From NCBI GenBank assembly GCA_020722805.1, contig DYKA01000002.1, forward strand, positions 1 through 47,498: a DNA stretch of 47,498 nt, written 5' to 3'. Position numbers and translations under genes: made by a program. Below the pieces are notes generated by a model. The model worked only from the letters and a program-made list of their open reading frames with translations, was not told the origin of the DNA and did not search any database. This document shows, piece by piece, positions 16,796-26,961 of the stretch. Origin of the DNA: Vermiphilus sp. (GTDB lineage Bacteria; Ratteibacteria; UBA8468; B48-G9; DTJG01). Within the stretch, counting starts at the first letter, position 1. Every line of letters begins with the position of its first letter.

Positions 16796-17326
16796 CTACC
16801 AGTAAATATATCGGGTAAATAATTCCTGTTCAATCCTGTTGAGCCGGGAAATATCCGGTATGATGTACCTGTCTTCAAAGATATCTATCAGAACCTTTCC
16901 GTTGGTACCAAAGCTGAATGCGTACCTTGTCTCCCATTTCATTGTAAACTGCCTTGCCCCTTTATCTGTTTCAACATCAAAAAACAAGAGTCCAAAAGAA
17001 AATCTTATGGAATTCATCGCAATAATGTTAAACGAAAAATACTGTCTTCTGAGTGCCTGCTGTATCAGATGCCTCACTTCTTCAGGCAGTTCATCAAGGT
17101 CTTCAATCATTCCAATTTCAACTTCTCTATCCTTTTCGTCATAGCAAAAAAGTGAAATATATTTATTCGGGCAGGAAACCGGAAACGCAGCAATCGCAAA
17201 AACACCCCTGTAAAGAGAACCATCTTCAAGCATCACATGGATTGTTTCAAAGGTTCCTCGAAAAACCTTTATTTTCTTAGGATCAAGAAAAACAATTTCT
17301 GGCTTTTCAATCTTTTCTTCTTCCAT
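16796..17326 (-). CDS. DUF1854 family protein (ABC-exporter-associated)
   Basis: The pattern is AAFPVS...ISLF..D..E.G.I.DLDELPEEVRHLIQQALRRQYF...I..I, then FDVETDKGARQF, then RYIIPDISRLNRIEQELF. The gene directly abuts the ABC gene stop (17327/17326). Confidence 0.65.
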   Translation of the reverse strand: MEEEKIEKPEIVFLDPKKIKVFRGTFETIHVMLEDGSLYRGVFAIAAFPVSCPNKYISLFCYDEKDREVEIGMIEDLDELPEEVRHLIQQALRRQYFSFNIIAMNSIRFSFGLLFFDVETDKGARQFTMKWETRYAFSFGTNGKVLIDIFEDRYIIPDISRLNRIEQELFTRYIYW

Positions 17327-19549
17327 CTACTTTACCTCAGTTTCAATACTTGCCAGTTTCGTTTGCATTATAACAAGTCTATGGTACACTCCCTTCTTTT
17401 CCATAAGTTGCTGGTGATTTCCTGTCTCAACAATTCTTCCATTATCCACAACAAGAATTCTGTCTGCGTTTTTCAAAGTTGAGAGTCGATGCGCTACTAC
17501 TATTGTCGTTCTGTTTTTACATAGTACTGAAAGTGCATCCTGAATCTTTTTCTCAGATTCTGTATCTACAGAGGATGTCGCTTCGTCAAGAATTAAGATT
17601 GGTGGATTATACAGCAACGCGCGAGCAATACCTATTCTCTGCTTCTCACCCCCTGATATTCCTGCACCATATTCCTTGAGATACAGGTCATAACTCATTG
17701 GCAGCCGCATAATAAAATCATGGCAGTTTGCTGCTTTGGAAGCATTCAGTATTTCCTTTAATGTAGCATCCGGCCTGCCATAACGGATGTTGTCAGATAT
17801 GCTTCCCCTGAACAAGAATGGTTCCTGTAAAACAAGTCCAATCTGTTTTCTCAAATCATAGGATGAGATATCCCTGATATCTTCACCATCAATGTAGATC
17901 GCACCGCTCTGAACATCATAAAATCTGCAGATAAGATTGATGAGAGTTGTTTTACCCGAACCGCTTCTTCCGACGATACCAATAAGCTCACCTGGCTTAA
18001 TTTCAAAAGAAACATCCTTTATAATCGGTTGATAGGGGTCATATCCAAATGTCACATGCTCAAATTTGATATGTCCTTTTATTTCTGGCATATGTATAGC
18101 ATCCGGAGAATCCTTCAGTTGGGGTTCTAAATCAAGAATCTCAAAGATTCTGTGGGCAGCAGTGATAAATTGACCAACCCAGTTTGACATCAGGGCGAGC
18201 TGAGAAAGGGGTCCATAAAACATACCAGTATAACTGAGAAATGCCATAAGTTGCCCGAGAGTGAAACCGCGATTTTCAAGAACCGTTTTTCCGCCAGCGT
18301 ACCATACAATAAGTCCACCCAGACCGAATAGAAAAGCCATAATCGGATTGAACTTTGCAACGCTTGTTTGAACCCTTCTTTGAGAATCTCTTAAATCAGC
18401 AGCGATCGAACCGAATCTCTCTATCTCCTTTGGTTCTTGGGCAAAGGCCTTAACAACTCTTATCCCTGAAAGTACAGTATTTAAAAACCTTGAGACCCTC
18501 GCCTGACTATCCCAGAGTTTGAAATTTAAGGGATAAATTCTGTTCCAGAAGAAATAGGTTCCCAGCATAACAAGTGGTACAGGAACAAGAACATATAAAG
18601 CAAGTTTTGCGTTAATAAGAAACAGCATAACACCTATACCAATCATAAGAAAAAGATTCAGTAAAAAACCCTGTCCGACCTGAGTTATAAAACCGTAGAA
18701 AGCCTCAACGTCAGAAGAAAACCTTGTCATCAAGGTGCCAACTGATTGCTGGTCATAATAATCAACAGATAACCTGGAAAGTTTTTTGAACAATTTTTGT
18801 TTCAGGTCATAGGTAATCAGTGTTCCAACCGAACTTGTAAGAGTACCAACCGTCATGTTTATCAGTGCTCTTGTGAGTTCTGTGCCAATAAGACCAACAA
18901 CAATCCATACAAGCCAGTCAACATGTTTTCTTGTTGTCAGGACATCATCAACAAGAATCTGCGTCAATTTCGGAGGCACAAGATTCAATCCAACTGAAAA
19001 AAACATCAGTACAAGAACAATAACAACCCAGTGAAGATAGGGTTCAAGCAGATGAATAATCCTGAACATAATAGCGCCCTGGCGAGCACAACGCGGACAG
19101 GTTGCCTTTTCTGCCTGAAGAGGAAATCCACAAACAGAACAGGTCATAGGATGGGGCTCATTGATGTATTCATCTGAAACAGATTTTCCCTGTCTCAAAA
19201 GGTCAAGTTGAACAGTTAAACGGCTGAACCTGTACCTCAGGGCATTTGTAAACCTGACAAGGTCAACAAAATAATCATCAATCTTTGCCTGCAGATACGC
19301 ACTTCCAATAGATGCTCTTATTCTGAATTTGCTTATCCGCGAAAGCTCAAATTCAGTTTCCTCATGAAAGCCAGTCTCTGGGATAATGATAACCCTGGTT
19401 TCAGTGGCAAAAACCCATATTACAGATGGGTTGCCATAAAAATCAAGGTTTGCAATTGTCTTCAACCGTATATCAGAATTGCTTATTCCCTTTTCCTTAA
19501 GTTTCTTCAAAATGGATTCAGGAATATTTGAACCGTTGCCATCGCTCAT
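17327..19549 (-). CDS. ABC exporter, fused permease/ATPase, with ~165-aa N-terminal extension containing a zinc ribbon
   Basis: Walker A GRSGSGKTT, signature ISGGEKQRIGIARAL, Walker B ILILDEATS. A six-helix TMD is predicted by eye. The N-terminal extension ends with CSVCGFPLQAEKATCPRC. Confidence 0.9.
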   Translation of the reverse strand: MSDGNGSNIPESILKKLKEKGISNSDIRLKTIANLDFYGNPSVIWVFATETRVIIIPETGFHEETEFELSRISKFRIRASIGSAYLQAKIDDYFVDLVRFTNALRYRFSRLTVQLDLLRQGKSVSDEYINEPHPMTCSVCGFPLQAEKATCPRCARQGAIMFRIIHLLEPYLHWVVIVLVLMFFSVGLNLVPPKLTQILVDDVLTTRKHVDWLVWIVVGLIGTELTRALINMTVGTLTSSVGTLITYDLKQKLFKKLSRLSVDYYDQQSVGTLMTRFSSDVEAFYGFITQVGQGFLLNLFLMIGIGVMLFLINAKLALYVLVPVPLVMLGTYFFWNRIYPLNFKLWDSQARVSRFLNTVLSGIRVVKAFAQEPKEIERFGSIAADLRDSQRRVQTSVAKFNPIMAFLFGLGGLIVWYAGGKTVLENRGFTLGQLMAFLSYTGMFYGPLSQLALMSNWVGQFITAAHRIFEILDLEPQLKDSPDAIHMPEIKGHIKFEHVTFGYDPYQPIIKDVSFEIKPGELIGIVGRSGSGKTTLINLICRFYDVQSGAIYIDGEDIRDISSYDLRKQIGLVLQEPFLFRGSISDNIRYGRPDATLKEILNASKAANCHDFIMRLPMSYDLYLKEYGAGISGGEKQRIGIARALLYNPPILILDEATSSVDTESEKKIQDALSVLCKNRTTIVVAHRLSTLKNADRILVVDNGRIVETGNHQQLMEKKGVYHRLVIMQTKLASIETEVK

Positions 19550-19600
19550 TTTTTATACTCCACCATCATAACAATAAACGCATTTATATTATAAATATTT

Positions 19601-19712
19601 TGTAAATATTCAGTGTAAAATGCAAATTGCAAAATTAAAAATCACATATCAAAAATTTTAAAATGTTTTTCACTTTGCAATAAATTGTACTTTACTGAGT
19701 ATTTTGAATATT
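19601..19712 (-). repeat. family-B intergenic repeat, copy B1 (inverted relative to B2/B3)
   Basis: The reverse complement of 19674-19704 is AAATACTCAGTAAAGTACAATTTATTGCAAA, 30/31 identical to 41272-41302. The distal TTTGCA-17-AATATT block is also shared with B2. Confidence 0.8.
19605..19633 (-). promoter_or_regulatory. promoter candidate inside repeat B1 for the ABC/DUF1854 operon
   Basis: On the minus strand: TTTGCA (19633-19628), 17 nt, AATATT (19610-19605). The -10 lies 55 nt before ATG 19549. The B2 copy has the same architecture. Confidence 0.35.
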
Positions 19713-19814
19713 TTATTCTGTCTGGAATTAAAATAAAACATCTGTTATTCTATTATATGACATGCAGAGTTCTCCAGCAACAAAACTGAATTTTATTTTC
19801 ACAAATCAAGGAAA

Positions 19815-22499
19815 ATGACAAAAATATGGTTAATGGATGTATCTGAAATTGAAGAGTATCTTGGCACAAGTATATCATCCGGGCTTTCAGAACAGGAAGC
19901 CACAAGGCGCCTCACGGTCTACGGATACAACAGGCTTGCGAAAAAGAAAAAAAGGCATCCATTCTTTTTGTTCCTGGAACAATTCAAGAGTTTTATTGTA
20001 TGGATTCTTGTTGCTGCAGCGATAGTGTCGGGATTATTAAAGGAATGGATTGATACATTTGCCATTATTGGCATTGTGATTCTCAATTCCTTTCTTGGCT
20101 TTATTCAGGAATTCAAAGCAGAAAAAGCGCTTGAGGAATTAAAAAAACTTTTCAGTCATTACACAAAAACTCTGCGTGATGGTTCCATAAGAACCATATC
20201 TTCTGAACTGCTGGTTCCAGGAGACATCATAGAAATTGAGGCAGGAGATAATATCCCTGCTGACTGCCGGGTTGTGTGGCACACATCAAATTTTACAGTT
20301 CAGGAGGCAAGTTTAACAGGTGAATCAGCGCCCGTACCCAAAACCAGCATCCGTCTGAATGAACCTGACGCTATCATCGCAGACAGGGCAAACATGCTTT
20401 ATATGGGCACAAGCGTTGCTTCTGGAAGAGCAAAAGGTATTGTTGTTGATACAGGAATGAAAACTGAACTTGGCAGAATAACCGAAATGATACAGGAAGG
20501 TGATAATGAGAAAACACCTCTGCAGGAACGGCTTGAAAATTTTGGGAAAATCCTCGTCTACATCTGCCTGTTGCTTGTTGGAGCTATTTTTCTGATGGAG
20601 TATATCAGAGGTGGTGAACTTTTTGATGTTTTTCTAACTTCTGTTAGTTTAGCCGTGGCTGCTGTTCCAGAAGGGTTGCCCGCGGTTGTAACAATTGGAC
20701 TTGCACTCGGGGTTCAAAGAATGGCAAAAAAACATGTGCTGATAAGGAAACTTCCCTCTGTTGAAACACTCGGATGCGCGACAGTTATATGTTCTGACAA
20801 AACAGGTACCCTTACAAAAAATGAAATGACAGTGAGAAAAATATACGCTGATGACACAATCTTTAATGTCACAGGCACAGGATACTCTCCTGACGGATAT
20901 TTTATGGTTGACAATAGCCCCATAGATATTGAAAACTTTCCCGGGCTCGGCAGGTGCCTTCTCTGCGCCACTGTTTGCAATACATCAAATCTTCTGAATA
21001 AAGACGGCAACTGGAACATCGTCGGAGATCCAACAGAAGCAGCACTCCTTGTTGCAGCGGCAAAAGCGAAAAAGACGAAAGAAGAGATTGAAAAAGAATA
21101 CAAGATGATTGATGAAATTCCTTTTGACTCAGAAAGAAAAAGGATGACTGTGATTGTGAGACGCAATCAGGAAACAATTGCTTTTATAAAAGGCGCCCCT
21201 GATGTACTTCTAAACCTGTGCTCATTCATAGAAGAAAATGGAAAAATCAAGCCCATTGACAATTCCAGAAAAGAAAGGATTACTGAAATTACAAACTCCT
21301 TTGCAGCAAATGCATTGAGGGTTATCGCAACTGGCTATAGAAAAATTGAGTCTGCAACCGAAATAAATGAAGAAGAAATTGAAAAGGACATTATATTCAC
21401 AGGTCTTCTGGCAATGATTGACCCGGCGAGGGAAGAGGTAAAACCAGCGATACAAAAATGCAGGAAGGCAGGGATTAAAGTGAAAATGATAACCGGCGAT
21501 CACAAGCAGTCCGCAATTGCCATCGCCAGAGATTTGTCTCTGATTGAAAAAGAAGATTCTGTGGTTTCAGGTGAATATATTGACAGAATTGATGATTCCC
21601 GGCTTTTTGAGATTGTTCGCGATATTTCTGTATATGCAAGGGTTTCTCCCCATCACAAGTTGAGAATAGTCAGAGCACTCAAGAAATACAATGAAATCGT
21701 TGCAATGACAGGAGACGGCGTTAATGATGCGCCTGCAGTAAAAGAAGCCAACATAGGCGTCGCTATGGGCATTACGGGAACAGATGTTACAAAGGAAGTT
21801 GCTGATATGGTGATAACGGATGATAACTTTGCCTCAATTGTTGCAGCAGTTGAAGAGGGCAGGGGAATCTATGAAAACATAAGGAAGTTTATCCATTACT
21901 TGCTGTCCTGCAATACAGGCGAGATTATGGTCATGTTTTTCACCTCACTTTTCAACATGCCTGTACCGCTGTTTCCGATTCAGATATTATGGATAAATAT
22001 AGTAACAGACGGATTGCCTGCCCTTGCTCTTGGAGTGGACCCGGCTGACCCGCAGAATATGGAAATGCCACCGAGGAAAACAGATGAGCCAATCATAAAC
22101 TGGAAGAACGGAAAACTTATAATACTTCAGGGTTTCTTTATCACGCTCTGCACGATCATTGCATTCTGGTATGTTCTGTTTATTGAGGATGCAGGAATCC
22201 TGAAAGCAAGAACAATGGCATTTTTTGTCCTTGCCTGCTCGCAATTGTTCCATTCGTTCAATCTCAGAAGCAGTACAAGGTCAATATTTCAGATCGGCTT
22301 TACATCAAATATGAAACTTGTCTATGCAAATATCGTTTCAGTGCTGCTTCAGGTTTCTGTGATTTTTATTCCTGTTTTTCAGCCGATATTCAAAACTCAA
22401 GCAATCAAAGGAATTGACCTGATAATAGCAATTACACTGTCAAGTCTGCCGCTATGGGAAATGGAACTGTTGAAGATATTTTTCCGTCGAAAAAAATAA
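19815..22499 (+). CDS. P-type ATPase, Ca2+-transporting (P2A/SERCA-like)
   Basis: Motifs: TGES (SLTGESAPV), PEGLPAV in M4, phosphorylation site [16 protein letters not shown], hinge [12 protein letters not shown]. Confidence 0.9.
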   Translation: MTKIWLMDVSEIEEYLGTSISSGLSEQEATRRLTVYGYNRLAKKKKRHPFFLFLEQFKSFIVWILVAAAIVSGLLKEWIDTFAIIGIVILNSFLGFIQEFKAEKALEELKKLFSHYTKTLRDGSIRTISSELLVPGDIIEIEAGDNIPADCRVVWHTSNFTVQEASLTGESAPVPKTSIRLNEPDAIIADRANMLYMGTSVASGRAKGIVVDTGMKTELGRITEMIQEGDNEKTPLQERLENFGKILVYICLLLVGAIFLMEYIRGGELFDVFLTSVSLAVAAVPEGLPAVVTIGLALGVQRMAKKHVLIRKLPSVETLGCATVICSDKTGTLTKNEMTVRKIYADDTIFNVTGTGYSPDGYFMVDNSPIDIENFPGLGRCLLCATVCNTSNLLNKDGNWNIVGDPTEAALLVAAAKAKKTKEEIEKEYKMIDEIPFDSERKRMTVIVRRNQETIAFIKGAPDVLLNLCSFIEENGKIKPIDNSRKERITEITNSFAANALRVIATGYRKIESATEINEEEIEKDIIFTGLLAMIDPAREEVKPAIQKCRKAGIKVKMITGDHKQSAIAIARDLSLIEKEDSVVSGEYIDRIDDSRLFEIVRDISVYARVSPHHKLRIVRALKKYNEIVAMTGDGVNDAPAVKEANIGVAMGITGTDVTKEVADMVITDDNFASIVAAVEEGRGIYENIRKFIHYLLSCNTGEIMVMFFTSLFNMPVPLFPIQILWINIVTDGLPALALGVDPADPQNMEMPPRKTDEPIINWKNGKLIILQGFFITLCTIIAFWYVLFIEDAGILKARTMAFFVLACSQLFHSFNLRSSTRSIFQIGFTSNMKLVYANIVSVLLQVSVIFIPVFQPIFKTQAIKGIDLIIAITLSSLPLWEMELLKIFFRRKK

Positions 22500-22554
22500 G
22501 TGTATAATCTTGTTGGAAATAACAAAACTTCTTCAATCAAACAGGACTTATTTC

Positions 22555-22833
22555 ATGGCAAAGAAGCTTCTTTTTATCACTGTGATAGGGAAGGACAGAA
22601 AAGGGATTGTTGCCCGGATTTCAAATCTCTTGTTCAAGAAGAACATAAACATTGAAGACATAAGCCAGAAAATCATAAGAAAGTACTTTGTCATGGCAAT
22701 GCTCGTTGATATAAAGGAAGCAAACTGCGATATGGAAAAAATCTCAAAAGACCTGCAGGCACTTGGCAAAGAAATGGGCCTGATAGTTCAGGTTCAACAC
22801 GAAAATATTTTCAAGATGATGCACAGGATATAA
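22555..22833 (+). CDS. ACT domain protein (UPF0237 family)
   Basis: ITVIGKDRKGIVARISNLLFKKNINIEDISQKII..YFVMAMLVDI is the typical UPF0237 ACT pattern. ATG 22555 is preferred over TTG 22510. Confidence 0.8.
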   Translation: MAKKLLFITVIGKDRKGIVARISNLLFKKNINIEDISQKIIRKYFVMAMLVDIKEANCDMEKISKDLQALGKEMGLIVQVQHENIFKMMHRI

Positions 22834-22835
22834 AA

Positions 22836-24194
22836 ATGTCTTTTTCACTTGAAGAAATATACGAAACTGCACGAATGGTTCTTTTTGAAAAACTTGATAT
22901 ACGTACAACAACACTCGGGATAAATATAAAGGACTGTATCCATTCAAACTTTTCTATTTTTAAGGACAGGGTCTATCGGAGATTGGTGAAGAATGGGAAA
23001 AAATTGATAAAGCATGCAAAGCAGATTGAGGTGAAATATGGCATACCCATCGTTAACAAAAGAATCTCAATTACACCCATCAGCATGGTGATGGAGACAC
23101 ATGCAATTCCCAGAAGGTTTATTGAAATGGCTGAAACGATTGACAGCGCGGCAGAAGAAGCAGAAATTGATTATATCGGCGGGTTTGGAGCTCTGGTACA
23201 TAAAGGTATGACAAAAACCGAAAGAATCTTGATAGAAATACTCCCGGATGTTCTTTCATCAACTAAAAGGGTCTGTTCATTTCTTAATGTGGGAAGCACA
23301 AACACAGGAATGAACATAGATGCAGTTAATCTTGTGGGCAAGATGCTTTTAGAAACAGCAAAGAAAACACCCTGCGGTTGCGGATGCTGCAAGTTTGTTG
23401 TCTTTGTTAATGCTCCTGAAGACAATCCTTTTATGGCAGGTGCTTTCCACGGTCCGGGAGAACCGGACCTGTCCTTGAATATAGGTATCAGTGGTCCTGG
23501 TGTTGTCAGAAGCGTTGTTGAAAAAAACCGTGACTGTAATCTTACGGAACTATCAGAAATAATTAAGAGAACTGTTTTCAAAATTACAAGAGCAGGAGAA
23601 TTGATAGGAAGGGAACTCGCAAAAAAAATGGGAATATCTTTTGGCATTGTTGATATATCCCTTGCATCCACCACGGCACCCGGGGATTCTGTGGCAAAGG
23701 TTATAGAGGCATTCGGGATTGAAAAAATAGGGGCACACGGCTCCACACTTGCAATAGCACTTTTGATGGACGCTGCAAAAAAAGGCGGGGCAATGGCAAG
23801 TAGTAGCGTCGGCGGTTTAAGTGGCACATTCATTCCAGTAAGTGAGGACTTAGGTATGGCAGAAGCAGTGGGGAAAGGGGCACTTAACATTGAGAAACTT
23901 GAGGCGCTTACAGCAGTTTGTTCAGTGGGTCTTGATATGGTTGCAATTCCTGGTGATACGCCAGCAGAAACAATAAGCGCACTTATTGCAGACGAACTTG
24001 CTATTGGAATTATTAACAATAAAACCACTGCTGCAAGAATTATTCCTGTTCCCGGAAAAAAGGCAGGAGATAAGGTAGCATTTGGAGGACTCCTCGGAAA
24101 AATGCCAGTAATGCCTGTAAATAAGTTTTCCTCTTCTAATTTTATGAAAAGGGGCGGAAGATTGCCTTCCCCGATAACCGGACTCAGGAACTAA
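22836..24194 (+). CDS. UPF0210 / DUF711 (PFL-like) family protein
   Basis: The N-terminus EEIYETARMVLFEKLDIRTTTLGINIKDC and the ~450-aa length fit UPF0210. The canonical pairing with an upstream UPF0237 ACT gene is present. Confidence 0.8.
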   Translation: MSFSLEEIYETARMVLFEKLDIRTTTLGINIKDCIHSNFSIFKDRVYRRLVKNGKKLIKHAKQIEVKYGIPIVNKRISITPISMVMETHAIPRRFIEMAETIDSAAEEAEIDYIGGFGALVHKGMTKTERILIEILPDVLSSTKRVCSFLNVGSTNTGMNIDAVNLVGKMLLETAKKTPCGCGCCKFVVFVNAPEDNPFMAGAFHGPGEPDLSLNIGISGPGVVRSVVEKNRDCNLTELSEIIKRTVFKITRAGELIGRELAKKMGISFGIVDISLASTTAPGDSVAKVIEAFGIEKIGAHGSTLAIALLMDAAKKGGAMASSSVGGLSGTFIPVSEDLGMAEAVGKGALNIEKLEALTAVCSVGLDMVAIPGDTPAETISALIADELAIGIINNKTTAARIIPVPGKKAGDKVAFGGLLGKMPVMPVNKFSSSNFMKRGGRLPSPITGLRN

Positions 24195-24871
24195 TCCTGC
24201 TTTCCTGAAATTTTCATTATCAACGTGAAAATCTCAGAAAAATCATCGGTCCTGCACACATAATCAACAACATTATTAAGCCTGCTGGATGTAGAATTGA
24301 ATGCTATTGAAAAACCGCACATCCGGGCCATTGGAATATCTCCGTCGCTATCACCAACGCAGATTACGTTTTCAGGCGAGATTTTCATTGTCTTCAGAAT
24401 TTTTTTAAGAATTCTCCCCTTTTCTCCATGTGATATGTTTATCCTCACTGAGCCAGTCAAAATTTCCTTGCGCGAGATAAGACGGTTTGAAACAATCTTT
24501 TCAAAACCGATTTCCATTTTAAGTTTGTCCGGAATATATTGAAGTCCTGTAGAAATCGCAATCAATTTGAAACCGGCATCCTTCAACTTCAGCAAATATC
24601 GTTTTGCACCCTTTGTATAGGGTACTGTCTTAAAAAGGCTCGCGATTTTCTTTTCAGGCATTCCTTTCCAGTGGGCAGCATCAAGTTCACAGAACTTTCT
24701 ATAACTGATTTTGCCAGATAAAAACATATCCTGATATCTGTGTGCGAGAACATCCCAGTTGCCAAGTTTCTCATGGATGTATCTCCAGGAACTTATCGGT
24801 TTTACAATTGTTCCATCAATATCAAAAACAATGCATGTAAATTTTTTCAATCTATCTCCATTTTCCGGCAA
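24191..24871 (-). CDS. HAD-superfamily hydrolase, subfamily IB (phosphoserine phosphatase-like)
   Basis: Motif I VFDIDGTI, motif II ISTG, motif IV GDSDGDIPM. Confidence 0.75.
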   Translation of the reverse strand: MPENGDRLKKFTCIVFDIDGTIVKPISSWRYIHEKLGNWDVLAHRYQDMFLSGKISYRKFCELDAAHWKGMPEKKIASLFKTVPYTKGAKRYLLKLKDAGFKLIAISTGLQYIPDKLKMEIGFEKIVSNRLISRKEILTGSVRINISHGEKGRILKKILKTMKISPENVICVGDSDGDIPMARMCGFSIAFNSTSSRLNNVVDYVCRTDDFSEIFTLIMKISGKQD

Positions 24872-25874
24872 GCTGTCCGCATGCTGCCTTTATATCAACT
24901 CCTCGTGAGTTTCTGATAGTCACTTTAACTTGCATATTTCTTAATGAGTCCACGAAACGATGTATTGTCTCGCGCGAAGGGGAAGAAAGATTTGTGCCGT
25001 CAATCCTGCTGAACGGAATTATGTTTATACCTGCATTCAGTCTTTTTGCAATCTTAGCAATCTCGGGAACCTGGCTTTCACTGCAATTTACCCTGTCTAT
25101 CAGGATGTACTCAAATGTGATTCTCCTTCCTGTTTTTTCAGTATATGTGAAGCAGGCATCAAGCAGTTCTCCGAGAGGGTATTTATGATTGATTGGCATC
25201 AGGTCGCTGCGGATCTTATCGTCCGGCGCATGCAGGGAAACTGACAGGCGAACCTGCCATCCGATATCAGAAAATTTCACAATAGCAGGGACAATTCCTG
25301 CAGTGGAAACAGTTATCTTCCTTGCTGCGATATTAAGACCCTGTTTACAGTTGATAATCCTGATTGACCTTATAACATTATCATAATTGTCAAATGGCTC
25401 TCCCATACCCATAAATACGATATTTGACACCCTGACGTTTTCTTTAAACCTTATATGCAAAACCTGCCCGAGTATTTCTGATACCTGAAGATTTCTTACA
25501 AATCCTTTTTTTCCGCTGGCACAGAACACACAGTTAAACCTGCAACCAACCTGGGTTGAAACACAGACAGTATTTCTTTTCGTTTCAGGAATCAGGACAC
25601 TCTCTATACAATTACCATCGCAAAGTTTGAAAAGGAATTTCTTTGTGCCGTCTTTTGATTCCAGTCGCCTGACAACCTCCGGCAGTTTTACAGAATAACC
25701 GGATGCAAGCAGACCTCTTAATTTTTCAGGGATATTTCTCATTTCCGAAAAATTCTCTACGCCGCTTGCATAGAGCCATTTAAAAATCTGGATGGCTCTG
25801 AATTGAGGTTCATTAAAAGAAGAAACTATCTCTTTTAACTGATCAAGTTCAAAGTTTCTTATATCCTGTTTCAT
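24852..25874 (-). CDS. rlmN: 23S rRNA/tRNA (adenine-C2)-methyltransferase, radical SAM (RlmN)
   Basis: Motifs: CVSTQVGCRFNCVFCASG (CxxxCxxC), GMGEP, C-terminal catalytic Cys in AACGQL. The preferred start is MKQDIRNF (25874). Confidence 0.85.
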   Translation of the reverse strand: MKQDIRNFELDQLKEIVSSFNEPQFRAIQIFKWLYASGVENFSEMRNIPEKLRGLLASGYSVKLPEVVRRLESKDGTKKFLFKLCDGNCIESVLIPETKRNTVCVSTQVGCRFNCVFCASGKKGFVRNLQVSEILGQVLHIRFKENVRVSNIVFMGMGEPFDNYDNVIRSIRIINCKQGLNIAARKITVSTAGIVPAIVKFSDIGWQVRLSVSLHAPDDKIRSDLMPINHKYPLGELLDACFTYTEKTGRRITFEYILIDRVNCSESQVPEIAKIAKRLNAGINIIPFSRIDGTNLSSPSRETIHRFVDSLRNMQVKVTIRNSRGVDIKAACGQLAGKWR

Positions 25875-26071
25875 TTGCAATTTTGTTGAACCCGTCCCTG
25901 TTAATGCACATCTGATTTGTGGTATATTATTATACACCCGTACCAGGATATGTCCCCTGAAAAACGGAAGATTTAATGGTATTTTTATTCTAAAAAGCAG
26001 GAAAACATTGTCAGGGAAATGCAGGATAACTGGAAAATTTTAACAAAACATTCATCATAACAAAGGAGAAA

Positions 26072-26911
26072 ATGTCTGAATATCCAATAATAAATATCCA
26101 TGGACATCTTCACAAAAGCAGGGATCTCAAAATAATGATAGAAGATATGTTAAAAACAAAAGTTATAAAATTTTGTGCACTTGCTCTTGGAAAGCAATGG
26201 TCTGAACACGGATACTACGATAATGAAATGGTCTTAAAGGCAATGCAGGAATTCCCTGATATTATTGTCGGAATAGGACATATTGAGTTAGCCGGACCAC
26301 AGCCGGATAAACCAGAAAAGATTGATAAACTTAAAGAACTTGGCTTTCAGGGTCTAAAGTTTATCAGTCCCGATGTTCCGTACGGACACGAAAAGCTTTA
26401 TCCCTTTTATGAAAAAGCCCAAACACTGAAAATGCCAATTATCTTTCACACAGGCATTGTCAGCATCAACCGTACAGATAGAATGTACCGGGTCAACTCA
26501 GAACATATGAGACCGTTTTCCCTTGATCCTGTATGCAGATATTTCCCTGACCTGAAGGTTGTGCTTGCTCATCCAGGTGAGCCATATCAACAGGAGTCAT
26601 TGACACTCATTGAATTCCATAAAAATGCATATATGTGTCTTTCTGGCGGTAGTGGGGCCGATTTCCACATAAACAAAATTATTAAACAACTGTTAGGGGT
26701 CTGGAATCCTGATACGCAAAACCCGGATGAAAACTTCGCGCTTTTTTATTTCAAGAAATGTGTCTTTGGTACAGATAATGCGCCTACCTCATTGTGGTAT
26801 AAACAGTCAATCAAATTACTTAATTACTTTGAGATTGACGCAGAAACAAGGAGGTTATATTTCTGGAAAAATGCTGCAGAAATATTTGGCTGGAAAATTA
26901 GATTTCCCTGA
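26072..26911 (+). CDS. amidohydrolase-2 family metal-dependent TIM-barrel hydrolase
   Basis: Motifs: INIHGHLH, IIFHTG, VLAHPGEP, FGTDNAP. AGGAG lies upstream of ATG 26072. Confidence 0.7.
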   Translation: MSEYPIINIHGHLHKSRDLKIMIEDMLKTKVIKFCALALGKQWSEHGYYDNEMVLKAMQEFPDIIVGIGHIELAGPQPDKPEKIDKLKELGFQGLKFISPDVPYGHEKLYPFYEKAQTLKMPIIFHTGIVSINRTDRMYRVNSEHMRPFSLDPVCRYFPDLKVVLAHPGEPYQQESLTLIEFHKNAYMCLSGGSGADFHINKIIKQLLGVWNPDTQNPDENFALFYFKKCVFGTDNAPTSLWYKQSIKLLNYFEIDAETRRLYFWKNAAEIFGWKIRFP

Positions 26912-26961
26912 AAAAGACAAGAATTTTCTCTCATAGCGGATTGAATAAAAGGAGGCGCAAA

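Noticed and set aside
23171-24028. 285-aa ORF on the minus strand inside the UPF0210 gene
   Set aside because: It is an antisense shadow ORF. Its composition is low-complexity Ala/Ser/Pro/Ile-rich and it has no start context. The sense frame has a strong full-length family match.
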